From positions 682,001-746,000 of the forward strand of contig OZ237756.1 of NCBI GenBank assembly GCA_965178125.1: DNA of 64,000 nucleotides. Direction: 5' to 3'. The translations under genes were made by a program, and so were the position numbers. Source of the DNA: Bilabrum cf. latius. Its lineage: Eukaryota. The notes beneath the pieces are model-generated. The model saw only the letters and a program-made list of their open reading frames with translations, ran no database searches and had not been told where the DNA came from. Every line of letters starts with the position of its first letter. Positions within the stretch are counted from its first letter, which is position 1. This document shows positions 48,318-59,899 of the stretch, in pieces.

Positions 48318-51300
48318 TAGGCAAGCCGGGGGCTTGATCCGCCGCGTGGAATCCTGGATGGCTGCGGCAAGGCGGCCTGCCGTGGAGTCTGGCTACGAGG
48401 CAAGCGGCCCCGCTGTCGTCACGATGGCCTCCGGGAGGTCGTAGGCCCGCTCCGTGCGGGTCATCTGCGCCGAGGGCACCCGGGAGCTGGCCGGTAGAAC
48501 GTGCCCGCCCGCGCTCGTCCTCGTGCCCGCCTCCTGCGCCGTCTGCGCCGTCCGTGGCGTCGTCCTTGGCCGAGGTGATGCCCTGCCCCTTGCTGCCGCC
48601 GCCGAGGCCATGGCCACTGTCGCTGGCGTTCGTGTGGCCGGCGCTGGCGGCGACGCGGGCGGAGCACCTGACTCAGCGGGCCCGGTCTGCCTGCCGTCGG
48701 CCCCGGCCCGCCAGCGCCGCTGGTCCGAAACCGTGCTGGCCAGGTGGCGAGGGTTGATGGGAGAACTTGTCCATCTGGTTACCGGCGGCTGCCTCGGGAG
48801 GTGCCGCGCCTGGTAGAGTGGTGCCTTCGTGCGCTGCACCTGAGCGGCTGCCCTTCCAGCTGCCGTCCGTCCGGGCAACCCTTGCGGGTGCCGGCCAATT
48901 TCCTCCTGCCATCCAGAGAACTCCTCCTTGTTCCCCAGAAGGGGCTGCCGCCGAGTCGGCGTAGCCCTCATGAAAGCCGGCACCATGGGAGGCCAGTCCC
49001 ATGGTGACGACAGGAGCCCAGGTGCAACCCGAGCCCCAAATCCCCCTTGCGCCCAAGGCCAAGGTGCTCCCTAACAAGCGCCCCAGCTGGGCCCCTGCCC
49101 CAACGGCATGGCCTACTACGTCTGCCAGGGTTCTGCCCCAGCAGTAGTCGTCATTGGTGGTACCACGGCCCTCCTGACCGCTGGCACGCCCATCCTCTTG
49201 ATTGCCCCCCCACGGGCCCGCCACTTGAGACAGCTGCCCACGCCATCGTGCGGCGCCCAGCACCGGCAGTTGGTAGCACGTGGTGCTTCCGACTGCGTCC
49301 GGTGGCCGGGCTGTCCCCCCATCGGAGCCCTGCACGGGCACAGCCGCGGCGGCTGCGCCGGTGGGGCTCTTCGCCTCTCCTAGATCGAGTGACGTATCCG
49401 TCCGCTTGCACCGGCCCCGCCGGCGAGCGCTCCTCATCCGAGCAGCTCGTCGACGGTGCCTTCGTCGCCGCCCCCGTTGATAGTGGGTACCGCGGGGGCG
49501 ACCAGGCAGTCAGAACATCCGGTTCCATGCCCGATCGCAGGCTGGCTCGTCAGGCTTGGAGCAGCGTGGCGTGCGTGGCTGCTCGTCGATTTCACGGATG
49601 CGCTTCAGGCATGTGATCACCAGGCCTTCCACCTGGGGCTTTGGCGTCGCATAGCCAGCGAACGGCTGCAGCAGCTCCAATGCGTCAGCCCGTGGCGGGG
49701 CGTCGCGCTGCGGCCCCCGCCACCAGCGGGAGGCGTCCGCCCACAGGGTGTACGAGATGAACTGGTCACCAGCCCTCAGGATCGAGCACGACGGGACCGA
49801 CTGCCGCTGGACGGCTTGGGTCCACAACCAGATCAGGACCGTCTCTGGGGCAGCCTTGCGTGCCTTCAAGTCGATGCTTTGCCCGTAGGAGGAGATGGCG
49901 AGTTGGAGTAGCTCCCGGCGTGCTGCGAAGGCGCCGTCCCCATCGTCGAGAGGCGCGGCCTGCATGTCGTCTGCCGTGGCCTCCTCGAGCCGTCCTGTCA
50001 CCGTCTGGCGCAGTGCGATGCACTGGAGGCCCCTGTGCGCGAAGACCACCTGCAGGTCCGCGAGCAGCACACCCTGCCCACGGTCCCGCCCGTCGACTAA
50101 CGCGATCCGATGATACCCAGCGGCCCGCCTGTACTCCGCCTGGAATGCCGTCGCTGCCGCCACGAAGGCGCTCAGCGCCTTGGCCCCGTCCTTGGGTGCC
50201 TTGGCGTGTTCCGTTGCCGAGCCGCCGCCCATCGCTGCGTCCACTAGCGCCTTTGCCATCTCCGCCAGCTGTACTTGTCCCACCGTGGTGTCCAATCCTA
50301 TGCTCTACATGTCCGCCTGAAGTGCCCTGTCGATGAACTTGAACATCGCGCCCCGCAGCAGCGATGCAGCCGGTCCCATGTTGCTCTTGTCGGTTGCATT
50401 CGTATGCGCTGCTTCACGTCGCAGTGCTGCGGCCGTCGTGGCTGTCGGGGCTGAGGCCGGGGAGGCCGGTGCGAAGGGGACAGCGGGCGCTTCGATCTCA
50501 CCGAGTGCACGGGGGGGGAAGATGGCTGAGTGCCCCAGGGAGGCTGTCAGCTGCAGCAGGGCGCGGTCGTGCGGCGAAGCGGAGGCACCGCGCTCATGTC
50601 GGAGCGTGTTCACGGCAGACGCAAGGGTCTTCAACGAGGAGCGGCTGCTGGTGAGGGCGGCACTGTGGAGGAGCTGGAGGTTGTCGTCGAGGACGCCGTG
50701 GGCAGTGGCGTGGATCTGTAGCGCGTACCACTCCGCCGGGCAGGCCGCGGCGACCAGCAAGGCCAGCGCATCAGCTGCAGGCGTCAGCTTGGCCACGTGC
50801 GCCGGGCGCATGGCAGGGAGGGCATCAGTCTCCTCGGGGGCCGAACGCAGGTCCATCCCGCGAATCCAGTCGGACACCCAGGCCGTGAGCTGCTCCGCGA
50901 TGCTTGTGCCCCGGGGATTGGCTCCGCCAGCGCCACTGGCGGGCGCCGGCAGCTGGGCCAGGGGCAGGGCGCCAGCCGTCGGCCCGTCCGACACCACCGA
51001 AGTCGCGTCCACGTCAGTGTCGTTGCCATCCTCGTCATCCTAAGCGCCCCCCGCTGCGGCTTGGTCCACGTCGGCCGGGCCAGCGTCGGCAGAGGTGGCC
51101 GCCTTGGACGGGAACAAGCTGCGCGAGACGGTAGTGCTGAGGTACCCCAGGAAACCAGGCTGATTCTTGCGCGAGTACGAGGCAAGCCGTCCAAAGTACA
51201 TCCTGACGTTGGTCCGCAACGCTACAAGCGACGTGGCGTTGAGCGCGTCAAGGCGCAGGGAGCAGATATCGCGTTCGGACCTCGCGATGAGCCTATCTAC

Positions 51301-52030
51301 GGCGCCGGGGTCTCTCAAGAGCGTAGCAGCGGCAAGATCCTCCGCAGATGGCTCTTCGGGCAACCCTCTCAAGAACAGGGCCGGTGGCGCGCCAACAAGG
51401 CCGCGGAGAGCGTTGCGTCGGCATGGAGGGCCGTTGGTAAGTCGAGCACCAGCCGTAAGGCGGCATGGCCGTTGCGAGCCGTCACGGCCTCGCGAATTCC
51501 GTTCAGTTCAATCGATGTCATGGCAAATATATAGCGGCTGCTACGGGAGATACTACTGGGCTTCACCCCGAACGACTGGTTCTTCACCGGTCCACCTGAA
51601 TGCGGTATTCATCTGACACTACGAATGTACACACCACTTTCCCCATGCACCCGACTGGCCTCGTCGCCACATGGCTTCCTGTTCCTGTTCCCCGCCCTAG
51701 GGACCGTGTGCTTTGCTCCCAGCATTGCCATCTTGGCCCTATCCTTTCAGCTTGCACGCGCCGGTCCTGGCCGACCTGCCGTGCGCCCCATCTGTCCACC
51801 CGCCTGTTGGCCTTCTGCGTGCTGCTGGCCATGCAGTCCGCTGCCACCCGCGTCTCCCTCGTGCCTTGCACCTGGAGCCCCCATTCCTCCCGTTGTGTTC
51901 TCCCTGTTGACACCGCACTGTCGTCGCCTGTGCCGGTGTCCCCCTCTTCTTCTCCACCTCCTGTCCTCCTGCGCCCACCTCGTCTTCCGTCTCACCTCTG
52001 CTCCCCGTTGCTTCAATCCTGATGTCCGAG
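46600..52030 (-). mobile_element. Very GC-rich DIRS/Ngaro-like retroelement remnant; boundaries approximate, no tyrosine recombinase seen
   Basis: Long ORF1-like frame followed by RT-RH; compositional shift at both ends. Confidence 0.6.
49510..51372 (-). CDS. ORF1/gag-like protein (probable frameshift near 51375)
   Basis: Three ORFs in one frame joined by TAG, upstream of RT. Confidence 0.5.
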
Positions 52031-52051
52031 TACATATAACAGTTTGAGTGC

Positions 52052-55000
52052 GTGTGTGGGCCTCCCCTGTGGATGGTGGAGATGATGCCTGACCCGAAAT
52101 CGGTGTGCAATGACATCGGGGATGATGACGTTGGTAGTAGTGACGATGCGGAGGAAGGTGTACCGTCCGCTGGCGCCGCCCCCTTGCGGCCCCGCAAGGC
52201 ACAGATGGTGGGCATGGAGCTGCTGCAGAGGCGCATGTGCGACCATCTGGAATACCTGGAGAATGATGAGCCGGGATCTATGTCTGATGATGTGCTTGTG
52301 CAGCTGTCCAGCGACATCGCGGATGGCGTGCATCACCTGCTGCAGCATGGGGTGGTGCACCGTGTCCTGAAGCTGGACAACGTGATGTGGGACTCGAAGG
52401 GGGGTCCGGAGGGCGTGGGTCGTGCGGTGCTGACCGGCCTGGGGTGCTCGCTGCGCGTGCATGTGGAGGAAAAAATATCACTGTTAGCTGATCCCGCTGC
52501 TGCCACTGCTGCTGGTAGTTGTGTCAGCATATCGTCCCCGTGTGTAGAGGAGGCACTGGATCGGGTCACGTATCGGTACCTAAAGGATAATGGTGACGGG
52601 CTTGGCGGCAATCAGGCACATCTGGCCCCTGAGGTGCTTGACGGGTGGAACAGGGGGGCGGCAGGAGACGACACAGCCGAGGTACCATTTGGAAAGCAGG
52701 CCTCGTGGGAGCTGGGTGTGCTGCTGCACGAGCTGGCCACGGGAGGGCAGCACCCGTTCGGCGACTCGTATCCTGGTGAACTGCAAGAGGGCACCAAGAC
52801 TAAACCAGGAGAGCTGGCAGCTGCATTGCATGCATGTGTGGCGCCGATGGCAGGTCAGGATATGCTATCTAAACGTCCTGGATGGTATGTTATGATCATC
52901 CGTGACCTGCTTTGCATCGATCCCGGGGACAGGATGGGAGTGCAGGAGGCCATGGATATGTTGCAATCTGGCGGAGACTCACTTAGAGGACCATCTCCAG
53001 ATGCTGACGTCAGCGCCCTGCTGCCTGCGTTGCTTGCCGGGGGCGAGGAGTGCGAATCAGCGGTGGTCAGGATCAGGGCGCTGGTGGATGGACTGCAATC
53101 AAAGGGGGACTGGGATGGGGTGTACCGAGTGCTTTAGCAGCTGGGGGTCGAGTCGGGACTCAACCAAGCCAATGATGCAGATACAAGTGCCCATCAGCTG
53201 CTCGAAGATGTCAGAACCGCCGTCTCGGATCACGTGCTATCAAACACAGGCGAGCTGGAGAGGATCGTGAAGTGCCTCGGCTTGGATAGGAGGATGGACC
53301 CCGAGATGGGAGCACTGTTGATATGGCGCGCATGTTTTAGAAACAAAAGAGCACGGCGGATCCCGTTTGCTGAAGCGGGTGCAATCGCAGGGGTGGTCGG
53401 CCTGCTTGGATCTAGAAAGGGTAGGGTGGCCGAGATTGCGGCGCGGGAGCTGTCGAGTATGGCTGTCGAATCCGAAGGCCTGAAGCAGGCTGTTGTAGAT
53501 GCAGGTGCGCTGCCTGGGCTGGTGGGCCTGCTTGGATCCAGCAAGGGCTTGGAGGCCGAGACGGCGGCTTGGGCACTGCTTAATATCGCAGCTGGATCCG
53601 ATGGCGTGAGGCAGGCTATAGTGGATGCAGGTGCGCTGCCTGGGCTGGTGGGCTTGCTTGGATCCAGCAAGAGCTTGGAGGCTGAGAAAGTTGCATGGGC
53701 GCTTCAAAACATTGCCGGTGCGTCCAATAGCCTGAAGCGGGTTGTAATTGCTGCAGGTGCACTACCTGGGCTGGTTGGCCTGCTTGGATCCAACAAGGGC
53801 TTGGAGGCCGAGAGAGCGGCATGGGCACTGCTTAATATCGCAGCTGGATCGGAGGGCCTGAAGCAGGCTGTAGTAGATGCAGGTGCGCTGCCTGGGCTGG
53901 TGGGCCTGCTTGGATCCAGCAAGGGCTTGGAGGCATAGAGAGCGGCATGTGCGCTTCTTAATATCGCAGCAGGATCGGAGGGTATGCGGCAGGCTGTAGT
54001 AGATGCAGGTGCGCTGCCCGGGCTGGTGGGCCTGCTTGGATCCAGCAAGGGCTTGGAGGCCGAGAGAGCGGCATGGGCACTGCTTAATATCGCAGCTGGA
54101 TCGGAGGGCCTGAAGCAGGCTGTAGTAGATGCAGGTGCGCTGCCTGGGCTGGTGGGCCTGCTTGGATCCAGCAAGGGCTTGGAGGCCGAGAGAGCGGCAT
54201 GTGCGCTTCTTAATATCGCAGCAGGATCGGAGGGTATGCGGCAGGCTGTAGTAGATGCAGGTGCGCTGCCCGGGCTGGTGGGCCTGCTTGGATCCAGCAA
54301 AGGCGAGGAGGCTGTGATTGCGGTGAGGGCCCTTTTGAATATCTCTGTTGGATCCGATGGCCTGAGGCATGCTGTAGTGTATGCAGGTGCGCTGCCCGGG
54401 CTGGTGGGCCTGCTTAGATCTAGCAAAGGGGAGGAGGCCGAGAGAGCTGCATGGGCGCTTCAATACATTGCCGGTGCGTCCAATAGCCTGAAGCGGGCTG
54501 TAATTGATGCAGGAGCGCTGCCTGGGCTGGTTGGCCTGCTTGGATCCAGCAAGGGTGAGGAGGCATAGAGAACGGCATGTGCGCTTCTTAATATCGCAGC
54601 AGGATCGGAGGGTATGAGGCAGGCCGTGGTAGATGCAGGTGCGTTGCCCGGTCTGGTGTGCCTGCTTGGATCCAGCAAGGGTTTGGAGGCCGAGAGAGCG
54701 GCATGGGCACTGCTTAATATCGCAGCTGGATCGGAGGGCCTGAAGCAGGCTGTAGTAGATGCAGGTGCGCTGCCTGGGCTGGTTGGCTTGCTTGGATCCA
54801 GCAAGGGCGAGGAGGCCGAGAAAGCTGCATGGGCGCTTCAAAACATTGCCAGTGCGTCCAATAGCCTGAGGCAGGCTGTAGTGGATGCAGGTGCGCTGCC
54901 CGGGCTGGTGGACCTGCTTGGATCTAGCAAAGGCGAGGAGGCTGAGAATGTGACATGTGCGCTTCTTAATATTGCAGCTGGATCGAAGGACCTGAAGCAG

Positions 55001-55237
55001 GCCGTGGTGGATGCAGGTGCGTTGCCCGGACTGGTGGTGTTGCTGTGTTTAAGCAAAGGCGAGGAGGCTACAACTGCGGTGGAAGCACTGCGTTGTATCT
55101 CTTGCGGATCGGAGGGCCTGAAGCAGGCTATAGTGGATGCAGGTGCGTTGGGCCCACTGAGGCAGCTGAGGGACTCTATCACAGGACCAACTCGCACGAG
55201 GGTACGAGCGGCTCTGCTGGTTTTGGGCGAGGCGTGA
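52052..55237 (+). CDS. PINK1-like (pseudo)kinase C-lobe fused to a long ARM-repeat array; start uncertain
   Basis: Four ORFs in one frame joined by TAG; VVHRVLKLDNV, GGNQAHLAPE; ~14 ARM repeats. Confidence 0.78.
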
Positions 55238-55385
55238 TCTTCGGTATAAGTCCATGGATATCCAATGTATCTTGGGGAAGCTAGCTGATCCGGGATCGGG
55301 CCCTTGTCAAGGTGCTTGTACTGCCCTTACCTGTAGTATAAGGTTCTGAACACATGATGAGGCTACTGGTAGTACAGGCGTGGAC

Positions 55386-57016
55386 CAGGGCTGCGCGTTA
55401 TTAAGGGCTCCTTAATAACGTGGATTTTCGCCAGCGGAGGCCTTAATAACGGAAGTCACTTTGTCGCCTCAATAGCCCATGATAATGGTTGAGAATAGTA
55501 AATATAGTTTAAATAGTTTTTAGTTTATTCGTATGGGCGGTTGTAATATCAATATTGCTATTATTTAGCCAGTATGAGCGTGCTACAATTCAAACCTTTA
55601 ACGTCGAACCCACGCAGGTCGGCACCAGGCCAAGAAAAGGCAGATATCGCCGCCAAAGTCTAGCTTAATAGCAAGATCAAGAGATGCTTACTCAAAATAG
55701 CCGGCTGGTATTCGTAAATACCACGAGGTTAGGAGTGCAGCTGAGCTACTACTGAAGCTAGGTGCAGGGCTCCTTTTGGGTGCAAGACTGTGTGGCCCGA
55801 CCGGACATTACTTTAATGTACTCCACAATGTTACCGATATTGATACAACATCCAGTGCGAAGGAGCTTGAGGCGCGATTAATGCGTCTGCTGATGCAGCA
55901 CGACGATCTGCCCATGCTTGCACTTGGGCGCACCAACACCTTCTCAGACAGCCCAGAAGCAAAGGCCATGGCGTCTTGTTTGCGGACTCAGCGTGCTAGA
56001 ACTATACTGATGTGGATAATGAAGGTAAATCACGCTATATCTGCGGTATTGAAGAGGATGAATTCGGATGCATCATCGTCGGCTGCTCGGGTCTTGGGCA
56101 AGGCATGGCTCGAGAAGAACAAGTGGTGGATGCTGCCAAACACCGCCGTTGGCTATGTGTTTTTATTACTGAAGATGGGCTGGTGCTGATGGATTCGTAC
56201 GAAGCTCAGGCATACCACAGGCGTGAGCTTCTCCGACCGAAGCAGACGCAAGAGCATCTGCTGGGTAGATCTAGGCAGGCCGCAATGACGCCCTTAAGGT
56301 TAACAAGGATCTCGCACCAGGAATAACCATCGGACAGGCTGCAGGTGACGGTACATGTTTGTTCAATTCGCTTGCGCAGCTGCTTCCTGAGGGCCCGACC
56401 ACCTCATAGCCTTGTAGGTTGCGCAAGGCCATCGTTGACGAGGTCAAAAAGGGCATGGGCGACGGCGTCAGAGGAGGCTCGACAGTTCTCGGGGAGATGT
56501 TGCAGACACCTGACGGCACGGAAAAGATGCTGATCTTGTAGTAGTACGTGAACAGCGTGCGCAAGGACGGTGTGTGGGGTGGTCAAATCGAAGTAATGGC
56601 TGCAGCGAGGGCCTGATGGGTACTTCTACTCGGTACATGCCCCCTCCTCATCCCGTCAAGTGGTCGCCATACACTTAATGGGCTCCTATTACAGCCCGTG
56701 CCATGCAAGCTATGTGGTTCTGCGAGCCTTGGTCGTCGAGCACGAGTGAAGGGTGTCATGGCTTCTTGTGGCTATCCGGCAAGCGTCACAGCCTGGATAA
56801 CTACCAGAATGTATTGCTTTGTAGTATACTAAGATGTTGTTTATAGTATGTGGCCTATATATCATGCATAGCTCCCAATATATGGACGAAATGAAGAAGA
56901 TCCAAGGACCCGATCTTAATAACGTGGATTATTTTGAAAATCTTCTTAATCACCGGCTTAATCACGGATATTGGGTCCCGGTATTAAGGTTTTGGCCTTA
57001 ATAACGCACAGCCCTG
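55386..57016. mobile_element. Non-autonomous hAT-type DNA transposon
   Basis: 21-bp TIR CAGGGCTG(C/T)GCGTTATTAAGG; 8-bp TSD GCGTGGAC; empty paralogous site at 41864-41871. Confidence 0.9.
56227..56616 (+). pseudogene. OTU-like cysteine protease fragment inside the hAT element
   Basis: GDGTCLFNSL..LR..Y...VWGGQIEVMAA, followed by TGA. Confidence 0.7.
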
Positions 57017-59899
57017 GCGTGGACGGACAAGAAGAGGAGGGTGACGATGGATATCATTGGAGGTCTTCAGGTGCGTGACATGGCTTGCGTCGGGGCAGGA
57101 GAAAGTGAATTGCAGGGTGCGGCGGGAGGGGCCGTAGGTCCAGCTCCGAGCGCATGCGGTGGCTGTGGGTGCTTGGTCTGGTGGAGTGCTGAGCGGTCAG
57201 TTCGCGTGGTTCCGTAGGTGGCGAAGGTGGAGCGGGCCCGTTGGGAGGCCGCCCGCCGGTCCTCGTCCTCGTCTAGGGGACACACGGGGGGCAGCTTCAG
57301 CGGTGGGAGGTCCTCGGGGGGCGGAGGGGGCGGGTGGTAAACTAGAGCTGTCGAGTCCACCCTTCTCGATCGGATCCGAGTGCCTGACAGGGTGAATTCC
57401 CTAGCTCGGATTCATCACTCGTGGAACCTGCGGCCATCGGATGCTCTAATCGATTCTGAGCTTAGGTAAGTGTCATGGGGTCGGCCAATCCCTGGTCCGA
57501 CGGATGTCTCGGGCTGGGTGCGGAACGAAAAACTTAAGGCAACATCCGGATCTGATCCTGACAGTCTTGAGTCATGACGACCATTTCGATTGATTCTGAG
57601 TAGCCTGACGTATCCTGCGGCAACTTGTCTGGTTCTCAAACACCACCAAATGAGGGTTATAATTCATTAAATCCGGATCAACGGCGGCTCATATCCCCTG
57701 CATTGAGCACGTCCCAGTCGGCCGGCTCTGGATTCGACTGATGCACCCAGGTTGGGATCCCACCCTTCAGACTTCTAGCGATCCCTTCGTGCACCATGGC
57801 CGATCCACACCCTGTCTTCCCACTGGATTCGTACTTTGGGATGGGTCTCACAATCGAAGTCGGCACGCTGCTGCTAGGCCTGCTCTGGGTTTCAGCTAAG
57901 TAACTGGCGGATACAGCTCTATCGGCAGGTGCATACGCCTGGTGGTCGCTAGGTGCTTCATGGTTCAAGATCCCAGCCCTCTGAGCTCCACCATCGAAGC
58001 TACGACTGCTTCTGGTGCTTCTCCTTGTTGTCCACATCTGATGAGTGCCGCTGGCAGAGTGCTCTGTTGGTGGGAGTGGCTGCCGACTTGCAGGTGACGA
58101 GCCATCGCGAGCCTGCGCCACAGTCCATGATACGGTGCTGCCGGTGGATGCCGATGCTGTCATCCCTGGCGCGGGAAGTGACCCCCACTCGTCACACTAA
58201 TTGCCTGCTCCCTTTTCTCCTGTCTCGGGCACACTCGGCCAACTGCTTGCGTCACCAGGTGCCCCCCGATGCGTGCTGTGTTCACGTATGTCTGCAGAAG
58301 CTTGCAGACGATGTGAGGCATGGCCAGGAGTATGACCAGGGGCATGGCGAGGGGCAGGTGTGACGAGCCCGTGCGGCAGATGGTACCCTGCAGGTGCGCC
58401 AAGCAGACCGGTTGCGATGTACTACGGCGGCAACCACTGGGTTTGATTCTTCTCCGCTCGCCTACGCTGCCCCCGACCTCTGTCTGCTCCGACTTGATGT
58501 CCTATGCCTGCGTCTACTACTTCACCGGCGGCACTGGAAATAAAAGCACCGCTGCCAGCATTGCTGGCAGTTGCATTTGTGGCGCTGCTGCCCGGGGCTT
58601 TTGGTGGACCACATCCCTGCTAATCTGCACCTACATACATTCGAAGTATCCGCAGCGCATAAAAACCTAACTCTATTCTGGCTTCATGAGAGTATCCGGG
58701 GAGTGGGCTCCTGAATAAGGACTGGAGCGCCCAAGTGCGAGTGCGTACGTCACGGTTCATTGCCAAGCCTGCCACGACACTAGAATCTACACCACACTAC
58801 TCCAGCTTGCTGATGACATAAGATAATAAAATACGAGCTGGTTTAGACTCCAATCTTCGTACTTGACGCAGGAATAGTCTGTACAACACCCGGTCTATTC
58901 GTCCCATGACTTGTCAGGCGCTTGATACTTCCGTTCCACTGTGGCGCACAAACACGCTAATATGATCTACGTTGGCCAAGTCCGTCACGGATGGTTGGTA
59001 CAGAGTGCGGCTGGCCACACTACCGACTGGCCGTGTCAGGCAATCGTTGCAAACCAAAGTGCTCCGTCGAAATACAACTACAGTGCTGCTAATGCGCAGC
59101 AACGCGATTGTATTCTTAGTTGTTTTTTTTGGCTACACAGTGCGGATTTTTGCCGTGAACGAACGAAGAAATCTTTATTTTCGAGCCCAACATTCGATAC
59201 CTGGGAGCAGTTCCGGTTTGAGCGCAGCGACTCCCGATCGGAGCCTGATGAGGTGAGCGCGGTCAGCCTGAGCGCTACCTTCGACTCGCCTGACGTTGTA
59301 ACAGCAACACGTGGGCGCTTAAGCTATCCAAAACCCAGAGCCATTAATACATTAAGTCTATTTTTAGAGGAATAAGGTCATCTCGGACACCTCAAAGGCA
59401 CCATTTGTCGCCTGACGGTACGGCCCGTGCTCTGCAGTCTCGCGGTGACGATCCGACTTTGCTCGGCAACTGCGGGCAGGACGGCCACATTACCATGCAA
59501 TCATCGCCTTTTAACCTTACACCACATGGATCTGACCCCCGAGTATCTCGGAAAGGGATTATGCGGGGAAGAGTTGGAACAGGCGCTTCAGCTTCGTAAG
59601 AGTTGATTGTGTTGTAATATTGCGGCCAAACTTCGTCACCAGTCCCCGGCAAGAGACACATAGCTAGACGTGTCATATTTACAGATTGTTTGCACCGCAG
59701 GTAGCAGCAAGTGCAAGCTCTTCGCCCGAAACGGTCGAGCCGCTGGCACTCGGCGGCTCAATCTGCCATTGCCGGTCTCAAATCGAGCGTCAGCGGCCCG
59801 AAGCGATTTGATGCAGCAGCACAAAGCAAAGTTCAATCACCACCAGATGCGTTGGACAAGCTTCTTGGACTGGATCAGCGTCTTTCTCCAATTTAGCGC

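Noticed and set aside
57400-59890. Short ORFs upstream of the LRR gene
   Set aside because: No motifs or consistent frame recognised
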